Of a stretch of DNA of 64,000 nucleotides, positions 60,801-64,000 are shown piece after piece. The stretch is from Nemertoderma westbladi (lineage: Eukaryota > Animalia > Xenacoelomorpha). A program made the position numbers and the translations under genes. Location of the stretch: the NCBI GenBank assembly GCA_032718475.1, contig JAUCBJ010004774.1:1-64000 (forward strand). Reading direction: 5' to 3'. Positions within the stretch are counted from its first letter, which is position 1. The number at the start of each line of letters is the position of its first letter. Below the pieces are notes generated by a model. It saw only the letters and a list, made by a program, of their open reading frames with translations, did not search any database and was not told the origin of the DNA.

Positions 60801-63486
60801 TAGACGTAGGGTACAAGGTCACTGTCAATGTGGTCAACTATGTTACAGCGTCGTTAGTGGCTTCGAGAGAGGTGTTCGTCGAGTTACCGTGCGATGTGAG
60901 TTGTCCGCCTACCCGTAGCGGCTTTCTCTACGTCACAGAGATTTCCGGTATTATATTTAACTTTAGTTACAAATATAATTTTTTAGTCACTGCTTTTTAC
61001 TTCCGGTGAAATTCAATTTTATTAAGACTATTTTCAATTCTTCTGAAGTGCACAGCTCTCTTGTGCACAGCACTCTTGTGCACAGCACTCTTGTGCACAG
61101 CACTCTTGTGCTCAGCACTCTTGTGCACAACACTCTTGTGCACAGCACCTTGTGCACAGCACTCTTGTTGACAGCAATCTTGTGCACAGCACTATTTATT
61201 AACTTGTGTGAACTTAACTGGATTAACTGTGTAGACCAATACATTCCGCTATATATTCCGCGAGTGAAATAAAGTTTCGTTTATTTTTTGGGTTCGAAAT
61301 CAGAGCCGCTGTAACGTGCCCATTTCCCTTACTGTTTTACAAAATACATTTTTCGACTTACTGAATACATAGTTGGTGTTTGGCATAATTTTGCGCCATT
61401 GACTATTAATTAACTATAACTACAGAATATAAAACTCATTATCAATATTTATTGTTTAGTATCCAGATATAACAATACGTGGTATAGGTAAACAGCAGGA
61501 TCAGCCGCGAGTTATATTCAATTCGCAGGAATTGGATTTGTCCGCACTCGTTATAATCCAATGCAACCGAATAAAAAACCCGGTAAGTGATAATTATGTG
61601 CTAAACTTGGTGATAATTCTGTGATAAATTTTGTGATAATTCTGTGATAAATTTTGTGATACTTCTGTGATAAATTTTGTGATAATTCTGTGATAAATTT
61701 TGTGATACTTCTGTGATAAATTTTGTGATAATTCTATGATAAATTTTGTGATATATCTGTACTAAATTTGGTGATAATTCTGTGACAAATTTTGTGATAA
61801 TTCTGTGATAAATTTTGTGATACTGTAATTCTGTGATAAATTTTGTGATAATTCTGTGATAAATTTTGTGATAATTCTGTGATAAATTTTGTGATAATTC
61901 TATGATAAATTTTGTGATACTGTAATTCTGTGATAAATTTTGTGATAATTCTGTGATAAATTTTGTGATAATTCTGTGATAAATTTTGTGATACTGTATG
62001 TAATTCTGTGATAAATTTTGTGATAATTCTGTGATAAATTTTGTTATAATTCTGTGATAAATTTTGTGATACTGTAATTCTGTGATAAATTTTGTGATAC
62101 TGTAATTCTGTGATAAATTTTGTGATAATTCTGTGGCAGTAAAAGTAAATAATATATTATTTATTTCAAATAACATTTTACATTATTCGATTTACATTTC
62201 ACTTTTAGACATATTATTTACTCGTTTACATTAAAACTTACAATTATATTTATTTATTTATTTTATTACATATTTATAGAATTAAATGTCTATTTACTTA
62301 CTAATTGAACCAATTTGTTTTCTGTTTGTGTTTTCCAATACTTACAGTAATTTGTTGATCGACCAAATTATCTTCAAACGTCAATTTAACGCAAAATTAC
62401 AATTGACAATTGACTCCTCTGTTTGAAACATTAAGGTTATTTATAAATTAACGGAAAGGAGCAAGTTTCAGTGCTTTTTATTTTACCCAAAACCGTAAAT
62501 AAGAGTCAATACCACAGGCTACAGTTATAATTTTGTGATTAATCAGCTGTTTTTGCGTCGATTTTCCCCTGGAAAGCACTAAAACGTTACAGTCGTCTTC
62601 AATTGATTGTTCTCATAGAATTTCCGAGGAAGTGCGTATAACTGGCGTATTTGGGATCTTGAGTCTGGTGATATCGTATTAGACAGATACGATTTACCGC
62701 CTTCCACCATCTTACCACCTCGCACACTAATGCCTGGACTCTATCGTGTGTGTCTACAGGTGTCGCTACTGCCTGTCGAATTCTTTCTAGGGATGACTAC
62801 TAGTGATTGCATGTACGCCCAAGTTGGTAGGTAACCCTATTTATTTGGTAGAGATTGAAGGCATTGATTGCATTGAGTTCATTGAACTTGCGCAATACAA
62901 TATAATGGCTCTTTGTTACGAGTTTTTACTTTTATTCCGATAGGAGATTTAATATTCAACTCTATTACCAAACCTAAACGCAACACAACTAATTTGAACA
63001 TTAGTCTTGTAACGTCTTGTACATTAATACAAATAAAATTAAGGCGACGAGCTTTCTACCTGTTACCAAAACAATAAACGATATTGTTACTATTGCGGGA
63101 GAGTAACAGGTTAAAGAGGCGGGCATTCTAGCCCAAACTGTTATATCTTTGCTAACCTCTCTACGCTGGGTATATGAGTATTTTTATTCAGTTTAATAAG
63201 CTATTATATTGGAATAGTTTATTAATTAAGCTTTTCTTATTTGTTTTTTTTATTCCAAAAATTACGACATTAGTTATTTTTTATAGAACTCCCACCTCTG
63301 GAAGCTTTCATAGTTGGAGGTTTAACAATAACTATAGCGCCAACCAATCCGACTGTCTTACTGGATGGGTTGACACAATCCCAGGATTCCTCTACAATCT
63401 CTAAGAACCATCTACTGTTTACATGGAGTTGTCTTTGGATCAATAGATCCCCGAATGTTTGCAAAATTAACGATATAAGATCATTA
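6771..63486 (+). CDS. Polycystin-1/REJ-family (PKD1-like) receptor gene, 5' part, at least 17 exons, continues beyond the window
   Basis: Phase-consistent exons: 6771-6867, 7042-7215, 7814-7978, 8925-9089, 9460-9587, 32699-32797, 35054-35192, 51897-52102, 52908-53112, 54202-54426, 54648-54932, 59187-59989, 60190-60334, 60693-60895, 61460-61582, 62619-62826, 63287-63486. All introns are GT-AG except one GC-AG. Domain order: signal peptide, CBM14, WxxW, LamG-like, WSC-like, PKD-like, REJ. Confidence 0.8.
7042..7215 (+). CDS. PKD1-like gene exon 2: chitin-binding type-2 (CBM14/peritrophin-A) domain
   Basis: [57 protein letters not shown] has the six-Cys spacing and the CP...FD....C motif. Phase 1-1. 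Confidence 0.85.
7814..9089 (+). CDS. PKD1-like gene exons 3-4 (7814-7978, 8925-9089): divergent mucin WxxW/CysD domain
   Basis: ECSGW...[10 protein letters not shown] and GFSCRDAQQ...[12 protein letters not shown] resemble the CysD consensus C..P...G..C....Q...C..Y.V..CC. Confidence 0.7.
8041..8928. repeat. 38-bp minisatellite (~23 copies) made of the exon-4 splice acceptor region
   Basis: Unit ATGAAACAATTCCTTTATTATTCCA(G/T)GTTCCACTA(C/T)A(A/T). The last copy supplies the real acceptor TTCCAG/GTTCG. Confidence 0.95.
9460..9587 (+). CDS. PKD1-like gene exon 5: start of LamG/concanavalin-like domain
   Basis: [26 protein letters not shown]...PFYR; acceptor TTCTAG, donor AGA/GTAAGT, phase 0. 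Confidence 0.75.
9739..25477. repeat. Intronic satellite, 29-bp unit, ~540 copies
   Basis: Consensus GACTAGGAA(C/T)ACCA(C/T)CTCTTT(T/C)GT(A/G)TTCT, contiguous with no unique spacers. Some units carry a 7-bp GAACACC duplication. Confidence 0.98.
26114..31803 (-). CDS. Nested secreted fasciclin (2 x FAS1 domain; TGFBI/periostin-like) gene, 5 exons, complete
   Basis: Exons 31803-31531, 31439-31308, 28420-28248, 27187-26988, 26304-26114 are phase-consistent. Signal peptide [19 protein letters not shown]; H1 motifs [11 protein letters not shown] and [11 protein letters not shown]; H2 motifs [15 protein letters not shown] and [16 protein letters not shown]. Confidence 0.9.
27975..28083 (-). mobile_element. 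tRNA-derived SINE head (degenerate)
   Basis: The minus strand reads CCGCTTGCTGAATGGTTAGAG...CAGTTCGATCCCACC, with A-box- and B-box-like motifs at tRNA spacing but no clean cloverleaf. Confidence 0.5.
28707..30953 (-). mobile_element. 5'-truncated CR1/L2-group (Crack/Daphne-like) LINE
   Basis: Uninterrupted RT ORF, ~330-bp 3' UTR and (ATCT)n tail at ~28708-28726. Possible 8-bp TSD CTCTTTAT at 28699-28706 and 30954-30961. Confidence 0.9.
29041..30906 (-). CDS. Non-LTR retrotransposon reverse transcriptase (N-terminally truncated ORF2)
   Basis: [37 protein letters not shown] and KYLG motifs. Confidence 0.95.
   Translation of the reverse strand: MYNKISENKDNPKSLWSTLKSLGYKNLKSKSNIVLQDNGELIHDHTLVSNLFNNYFTNVASNLVKKLPLSSNKYSIGSETLKNFYLEKLQNSEKLFLKPVSEDFVFKNLLSLSASKSTGLDLIPARFLKDGAEVLKVPITFIINYSIVDNVVPDELKLAKVVPLYKKNSKVEPCNYRPVSILSIVSKILERSVFLQLEAHLSRLNLIYELQSGFRKSYSTDTCLINLTDTIRCNNAKGLYTGMVMLDLQKAFDTVDHEILLGKLGLMGVGSIDWFKSYLSDRGQTVVISKSLSTVQEITCGVPQGSILGPLLFVCYVNDMISSIDPDFKLILYADDSALIFSHKDPIHISQKLSAVLESCNEWLVDNKLSIHYGKTESILFGSKRKLKKVTKFEVTSNGHKIENKKEVKYLGATLDNCLSGESTVKNIFSKVNSRLRFLYRNKNSLNTDSRKLLCSSLIQCHMDYACSSWYEGLTKQLKCKLQVAQNKVVRFIKDYKPRHHLTPDDFSESGLLNLDSRVKQLHLNHVHKVYNGKCPNYLKQKFNRVRDTHSYSTRASASNFYLPNCKSFESDTFFFNGIKNWNALPNEIKNLNNQHSFKSAVKSHLRVQCKNRYNSPTVSY
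32699..32797 (+). CDS. PKD1-like gene exon 6 (LamG-like)
   Basis: [46 protein letters not shown], phase 0-0, bridging exons 5 and 7. Confidence 0.7.
32747..33590. repeat. 70/72-bp tandem repeat made of the exon-6 3' end and splice donor (7 good plus 2 degenerate copies)
   Basis: Unit GGCG(A/G)ATCAGCTGTCAGTAG(AG)TCAGCCAATCAGAACAGAGGCTGTATCTCAGGTTAGGGTAATTATTATAT, starting at 32747, 32817, 32889, 32959, 33031, 33101 and 33173. Confidence 0.95.
33243..33460. mobile_element. Mutator-like MITE (218 bp)
   Basis: TIRs GGATGTAAACGCTACGCCGACAGCCGAC / GTCGGTTGTCGGCGTAGCGTTTACACCC, with a 9-bp TSD TTATTATAT at 33234-33242 and 33461-33469. Confidence 0.85.
33653..34300 (+). mobile_element. Helentron-associated non-autonomous element (HINE/DINE-1-like)
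   Basis: ~54-bp inverted repeat (33666-33719 vs 34203-34256), (GTCT/GTCC)n microsatellite, and the same termini as the element at 810-1256. Confidence 0.7.
34400..34640 (-). mobile_element. Penelope-like element fragment (GIY-YIG endonuclease)
   Basis: [31 protein letters not shown] matches the PLE GIY-YIG pattern VVY...C..C...YIG.T...L..R..EH. Confidence 0.8.
35054..35192 (+). CDS. PKD1-like gene exon 7 (LamG/pentraxin-like)
   Basis: [30 protein letters not shown]...AYFISSG, with TTTACAG acceptor and G/GTAAGT donor. Confidence 0.8.
36717..37265 (-). repeat. 3' LTR
   Basis: Direct repeat of 50266-50814. I could see only one mismatch (36972 A vs 50521 G). Confidence 0.97.
37266..37304 (-). 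promoter_or_regulatory. Polypurine tract preceded by a perfect 11-bp hairpin
   Basis: The minus-strand G-run plus AG abuts the 3' LTR. ATGCTATCTTC-N7-GAAGATAGCAT lies immediately upstream. Confidence 0.8.
37982..40528 (-). CDS. Retrotransposon ORF3: DEDDy (WRN/EXD/Mut-7-like) 3'-5' exonuclease plus three CCHC zinc knuckles
   Basis: ExoI ILDDEG, then LLHLA...IFLFD, LP..VQVLV....TKVG..IRED (ExoII), LLDMQ, and [10 protein letters not shown] (ExoIII-like). Knuckles [28 protein letters not shown] and [14 protein letters not shown]. Basic NLS-like termini. The first ATG is at 40528. Confidence 0.75.
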   Translation of the reverse strand: MASKLIRKRKAESGGKEILVDFTERHPEEKTRGYYERLERGHAARALQDHFREMHEQRLVGTYGTPSLDNANFQHFHYVVKGDEAKFGIPKYPRESPRKDWKRFIESVNRGGYMILDDEGTVEDEAGSRRGTAGSARTILLHLAAPNGDIFLFDLGTYGKMDGPKLNQLPKAVQVLVREKSTTKVGSAIREDAERIIGPDATNLLDMQKVFMAMTAPDGLGVVENTGQCGAVAMGQLLGLVCHKPMDWGKFREEYGAELANSIKWGARPGKQEVYQFRRGAIKVYQKRYILQEDWMMISLLNLFMTVVIEREPGAFLLSGSPLSYRRAFKMAFDGLVDHPGLKGESVYYNSRHLVDGETDTPYQRWEQLETDRREAKRLEEVARQERIEAEEREEEARTQSYGFEEQAGLDELHWTSSGSSGESLGRELGWTVGSPKQSTSGLQAMPIPAGAEGDQPPRKLRELEGWRATGESQGGKGHSGSIGIPGLEPLPEEEEDDDEFGEMPPIERIGHSDTDWVGGRVVTASGARAFWNRSGKRTWVHEEPAMDFAGSTIRLGEQPGTAPRIVFGETMPERGGEIDVDRDTNVEKFAYQRLHRPRRSLGTRDDMGRETLVLGCDYCGRQTHQERSCLYQFQKGTFCLYCREPSHRMGACPRLHNRCPKCHFRGHYGRQCDWMDDEEKFRRFEEWADVGAMTRQRMKAQEFKWGFFLINQEAHMEIIKRRLPFTYQEVATAASYAGVMNTQRYLDRWTPQNRGEFRDFLAEHVPQAMKMILWDATRGRQQGHSEGPPAKRYRALITPAPKEPTAGISREVAAKVRKQKADPRGAVVTKKRPREEDARGNYAQRNR
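41000..41635. repeat. 33-40-bp tandem array between pol and ORF3
   Basis: Unit CTAACTAACGGTACTACGTACCCTCTAACTC(TTC)T, roughly 18 copies, each with a GGTAC-TAC-GTACC mini-palindrome. Confidence 0.9.
41701..47181 (-). CDS. BEL/Pao Gag-Pol polyprotein (Gag core, protease, RT, RNase H, integrase)
   Basis: PFKFDG Gag core; knuckles CQLH...HQTMNC and [14 protein letters not shown]; protease LVDSGA; RT YLPLH and FYVDD; RNase [22 protein letters not shown]; integrase [21 protein letters not shown]; C-terminal W.LARV.....DGRVRSV. Confidence 0.97.
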   Translation of the reverse strand: MYGPQHININPSTKHTGGGGGGGQGDIPPSQYQQYTPIGARTTRPLDENRSCDTEIWRGPLPPMTYPSQRRSRNRTDEPHQTGETIQHPSNPLEVQAMGMATLIDALKTRIELPPVEPFKFDGSRPEEYLQFRRMYSNEILTKNLTQAECLKYLQVYTGGPAYDIVRQYQGIEGGFTTAWRALDREYGHPAKIIRQTLRGITSGGLQDNPVSIKTFANKVEKALIVLKTIDAPYELNASNNITTIAQALPNWLRNEWRKIAFSTRDKKGVEPGLEEMSSFLNYEAELITDPVYSEDSLGKGPKTDYHRPKPERNTSNALPRLRQSLPYAATQGTASPQLAKDKTTPWNGQGNNNNTNKYNPSTSSRPNSNNKNSRDFGTNAAAIRNALYKEGYDPKSKCQLHANALHQTMNCRYWQALPRQDQIDYALSNKICSRCVMSGHRARECKEKPVKFGQRRGQMMAMSTVGAKKRGTVLLGVVPVRVIGEGNRSVTTLMLVDSGAAFTLVEEWVAEEIGLRTRPSRMVVTTISSKDEILEMRTGRCAIAAVAPGCDYGATIDPIQVIESININARRPTNIEVEQYKFLDDIDFSIPDVDVRKVSIIVGMDCPMANERMQTVFGEDKQCDPVAILTPFGWTLSGPIKSKIPFRMSETSGCMFAGTMQEMGDEGAEEQLKRLLRQDFEGLKETGVGTSVEDKQALQSVEESMTCSEGRYTIGMVWKLPKIPLPDNRGMVLTRLRKLKQTLKRSPEKNEYIHRTIKKYVEKGWAVELPVDEPNTDRTYYLPLHVALDPKKGKLRMVVDASAKTDGKCLNDYLLEGPDIYNSGIEVLLRFRNGKHAFTCDIEGMFNQVRVTEEDSDSQRFLWYNGEEEPSIMPAYKMVVQNMGAKSSSFTTTMAVRDTVKGKEDRYSTRAVDMIRRGFYVDDGMESGNTVKEILDTGREVRDILKGSGFNLTKFQSSSEEFIKAIEDKRPESTMDNPTTAKGQDMAIKRTVSQQKALGIVWNRETDELKYQLSQEGADIHTKRGYVSYIARIYDPLGLASPLLVMGKQILKRVYKLKDEWDVEVPEEIKKQWSKWTGDLEKMGTYNMPRVYFPDGNMTNLDLHMFSDASLEAYGAALYLVQREGAHKPRLAFSKAKSTPPDSASVPKLELTAARLGVRATAYLVDTIPNIVETHYWTDSMVVLGWLHNERTRYPIFVANRVDEIRASTELERWHYCPTDENPADLLSRGVVRHTFLKKEVLWQHGPQFLSDKEAWPPMRKVDPGSEVVSEGEEGDSEGEEIYSQMVREIRDVQPKRELCDNPTDKLLSYSSSWYKTKKLVAYWRAFGNFLAGVGKDKKIRTTIDLEGAAKAVIRYEQRKNYGDEVECVGNQQHLRRDSELITLSPQLNDDGILVMNSRVGYNNSIVIPPKPIIIPTGSPIVHQIIWDSHKSILHGGTNRTLTEIRRTFWVKQLRKKVKAAVGQCQTCRRAKKERAIQEMAPLPANRVRQHDPPFTHCGVDMFGPIKIKVMRHTEKRYGIIFVCNNTRAVGIELAQDATTSAFINALERFRDRKGGTIAVIYSDNGTNFVGAENEMADALDILEGEEVRAAMRRRQVKWERRTPYAPHTLGCVERLVGSSKRLMTKLMNTHMVTEDVLRTVLAKCEGIINSRPLYPENDDPESLDVLTPSHFLMERPATIDMRGVDPDDIHSRQSWKVAKAISAEYWRRWVEEYLPILHKRSKWRKPNRELREGDLVIVTDDTIINNQWRLARVVGTYSDEDGRVRSVEVRIGGKIGAKDRKTYRRAVGKCCLLKGHLSGVCHEFSRPSFGLRGVGLRARRPSHT
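47067..50204 (-). CDS. BEL/Pao ORF1 / N-terminal Gag extension (low complexity, coiled coil)
   Basis: 1045-aa open frame starting 61 nt after the 5' LTR, with an E/R-rich coiled coil and internal peptide repeats. It overlaps the Gag-Pol frame across a long G run. Confidence 0.85.
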   Translation of the reverse strand: MSQSGETTPTRTPDEELTIREAATRRYRPTTPDPSVTGHPAVQDERGRLEPEVEPREGESETEGDGDESTRDVGRRTDVAGQPQAEGDERPTETATVGPTVRRRTRRDGGDVGTDVAGQPQAESDEWPTETATAGPTVRRRTRRDGREVGDEDVGVSDRLRRAYNATRRLLEEARGGATIDKVKLKRRLGESNRHFYYLMRFGQRGLAEERARGVAEELYDLWRYGGIEPSVVYVGPYLVDARGVKLVGWERPEEDESEVNPEDSASSVGGSSGRRGKVSRKGRRRESVTTDKSATSSVKERRVGDINAAYRLNLIEQGQREVGRRLEEGRVLLEREMALIKETGERAERAARSLRECEEVGRKEQEEREAREKIERKEREAEHREREVREKNEREEREAKEENECREREERKENERREREARRREGARRELELAERDARECKERMARKEGEQKELEKRQGELTGYKAVHTRERELARVGASESGASSSIFEEPGAVDTFINTPLTGTARQTQDWCDRTGGGGGGDNNAIVDVVNINSTVWDNSNQTFIAANNTLPSSSNLNLSTNNNFNLNVQNNSNNLNNDPSPNLQNNSNDFVSNGQINSVSNMGAINMNTSGMYGQADGGLVGRTIGRSEVAGLSQPREGLVGHVVGGQGAAGLGRPSEGLVGHVVGRQGVEGLVGHAIAEGEAGVNRPYRGRVDVSTKEGYSSGVRDSEVRCGEWGGGLQGPHNSELAAKGGGAGSAPQPSADNARAEIGKPQHPATDSNRGIVSIPSGVRPSRERQVDVVRGRTKRRARSEEGRRTVGFNREVDERSHEREYYTGGRGREDSSRSIAANDRRARTDSEPSVVEMRTESQWGRTPGDCRRPGEMRPGEVHYAPMEGYAMYRYEDENSREGGRRETFRRNVPTDREYSSRGEDYSRRINFDPEQHTQTVGHTVGLTAHTIGHTERGNVGDRIARTTGLNPEVAEYIPTSRPEVDRPIPVPVQQYDYSMQGHNIYPGEGGIIADRCMGPNILTSTPVPNIPVGGGGGGRVTFPHHNINNIPR
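50266..50814 (-). repeat. 5' LTR
   Basis: Direct repeat of 36717-37265. An ATTAAA signal lies ~40 nt before the LTR end on the minus strand, and a GGGATCC-N5-GGATCCC hairpin is in U5. Confidence 0.97.
51897..53112 (+). CDS. PKD1-like gene exons 8-9 (51897-52102, 52908-53112): LamG-like domain core
   Basis: GGQT..SNGF...QWNHVAM...LQFYLNG and IVIGRPNN...YGSVYIDQL. Confidence 0.85.
52183..52720 (+). mobile_element. Probable HINE-like element with an internal ~175-bp tandem duplication
   Basis: GGGGCTCTGA...TCAGAGCTCC subterminal inverted repeat, (GTTT)n, and 3' hairpin CGTGC-TTA-GCACG. AATGTTTGAACGC and ACCAAACTT are shared with the 33653 element. Confidence 0.55.
54202..54932 (+). CDS. PKD1-like gene exons 10-11 (54202-54426, 54648-54932): degenerate WSC-like domain and linker
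   Basis: YFYMGCF...C....YA......MC.....SC.....IG....SVAVFR with canonical splice sites, phase 1. Confidence 0.7.
55616..55840. mobile_element. Small MITE-like element
   Basis: 14-bp inverted repeats ATTCTGGTGTACCG / CGGTACACCAGAAT. Confidence 0.5.
55905..58735 (-). mobile_element. RTE-clade LINE, degenerate (APE endonuclease plus RT; frameshifts and an internal deletion)
   Basis: APE motifs VGVQEHR, CYSPT, LGDFNA, SQIDHIL, SDHRL (57304-58710). RT motifs [32 protein letters not shown] (56519-57265). RTE C-terminus [10 protein letters not shown] (55942-56430). Confidence 0.93.
59187..60895 (+). CDS. PKD1-like gene exons 12-14 (59187-59989, 60190-60334, 60693-60895): PKD/Ig-like repeats
   Basis: Beta-rich repeats [41 protein letters not shown] and [12 protein letters not shown], phase-consistent. 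Confidence 0.8.
60452..60613 (-). mobile_element. Short diverged 3' fragment of the same RTE family as 55905-58735
   Basis: Shares ATGCTGCATTGCAGCTGCATTT and ATTTGCTAGATCATCCGCAT..TCAAGGCCAGTGTCCTTTAAGA with 55911-56070. Confidence 0.85.
61048..61192. repeat. 15-bp minisatellite GTGCACAGCACTCTT
   Basis: About 10 direct copies. Confidence 0.9.
61460..63486 (+). CDS. PKD1-like gene exons 15-17 (61460-61582, 62619-62826, 63287-63486): REJ domain start
   Basis: (C)DYPDITI...LSALVIIQC; YNWRI...[18 protein letters not shown]; LEAFIVGG...VLLDG..SQD...LLFTWSC. These are characteristic REJ motifs. Confidence 0.85.
61587..62135. repeat. 11/12-bp (23-bp dimer) minisatellite GTGATAATTCT-GTGATAAATTTT
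   Basis: Direct reading. It begins within the donor of exon 15 (GTAAGTGATAATT). Confidence 0.93.
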
Positions 63487-63636
63487 GTGAGTCATCTCAA
63501 TTCCTATAACTACAACTAACAGTTCTCAACATTCATTTAAATTTTACAATAAGCTGCTTAAATACAACCATATAGCATATAGTGACAGGACAATTGTCCC
63601 TCGGCAATTATTATTGTCCTCAAGATTATTTCCTCC

Positions 63637-64000
63637 CAATTACACTTATATCCCCCCCCCCTCAATGACACTTATATTTCCCCCCAATGACTCGTATATT
63701 CCCCCCCTATGACACTTATATTTCCCCCAATGACACTTATATTTCCCCCCAATGACACTTATATTTCCCCCCGCCCCAAAGACTCTTATATTTCCCCCTA
63801 TGACACTTATATTTCCCCCCAATTGCACTTATATTTCCCTCTAATTACACTTATATTTCCCCCAATGACACTTATATTTCCCCCACAATGACACTTATAT
63901 TTCCCACCCCACCAATGACACTTATATTTCCCCCCAATTACACTTATAGTTTCCCCCAATTACACTTATATTTCCCCCTAATTTCACTTATATTTCCCCC
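63637..64000. repeat. ~22-bp minisatellite AAT(G/T)ACACTTATATTTCCCCC
   Basis: Direct reading; it runs off the window end. Confidence 0.93.

Noticed and set aside
60987-62176. Repetitive ORFs at 60987-61272 and 61601-62176
   Set aside because: Translations of intronic minisatellites.

Overview
AT-rich, intron-rich metazoan (probably invertebrate) genomic DNA; there is nothing prokaryotic and no CRISPR array. The window holds the last coding exon of an SLC1/EAAT transporter (1588-1783) and the 5' part of a very large + strand polycystin-1/REJ-family gene. I assembled at least 17 phase-consistent exons of that gene from 6771 to beyond 63486: signal peptide, CBM14 chitin-binding, WxxW/CysD, LamG-like, WSC-like, PKD-like, REJ. 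Its introns carry a 15.7-kb 29-bp satellite, a complete nested antisense two-domain fasciclin gene with a Crack/L2-type LINE in its own intron, Helentron-associated elements, MITEs, an RTE LINE nested in a TIR element, and a very young 14.1-kb BEL/Pao LTR retrotransposon (549-bp LTRs, GAGAG TSD). The most notable item is that retrotransposon. It has an intact third ORF encoding a WRN/EXD-like DEDDy 3'-5' exonuclease plus three CCHC zinc knuckles in the env position, no canonical tRNA primer-binding site, and a ~1000-aa Gag N-terminal extension. A second recurring pattern is tandem repeats built from the host gene's own splice junctions. All domain calls are from motif recognition by eye; no searches were run.
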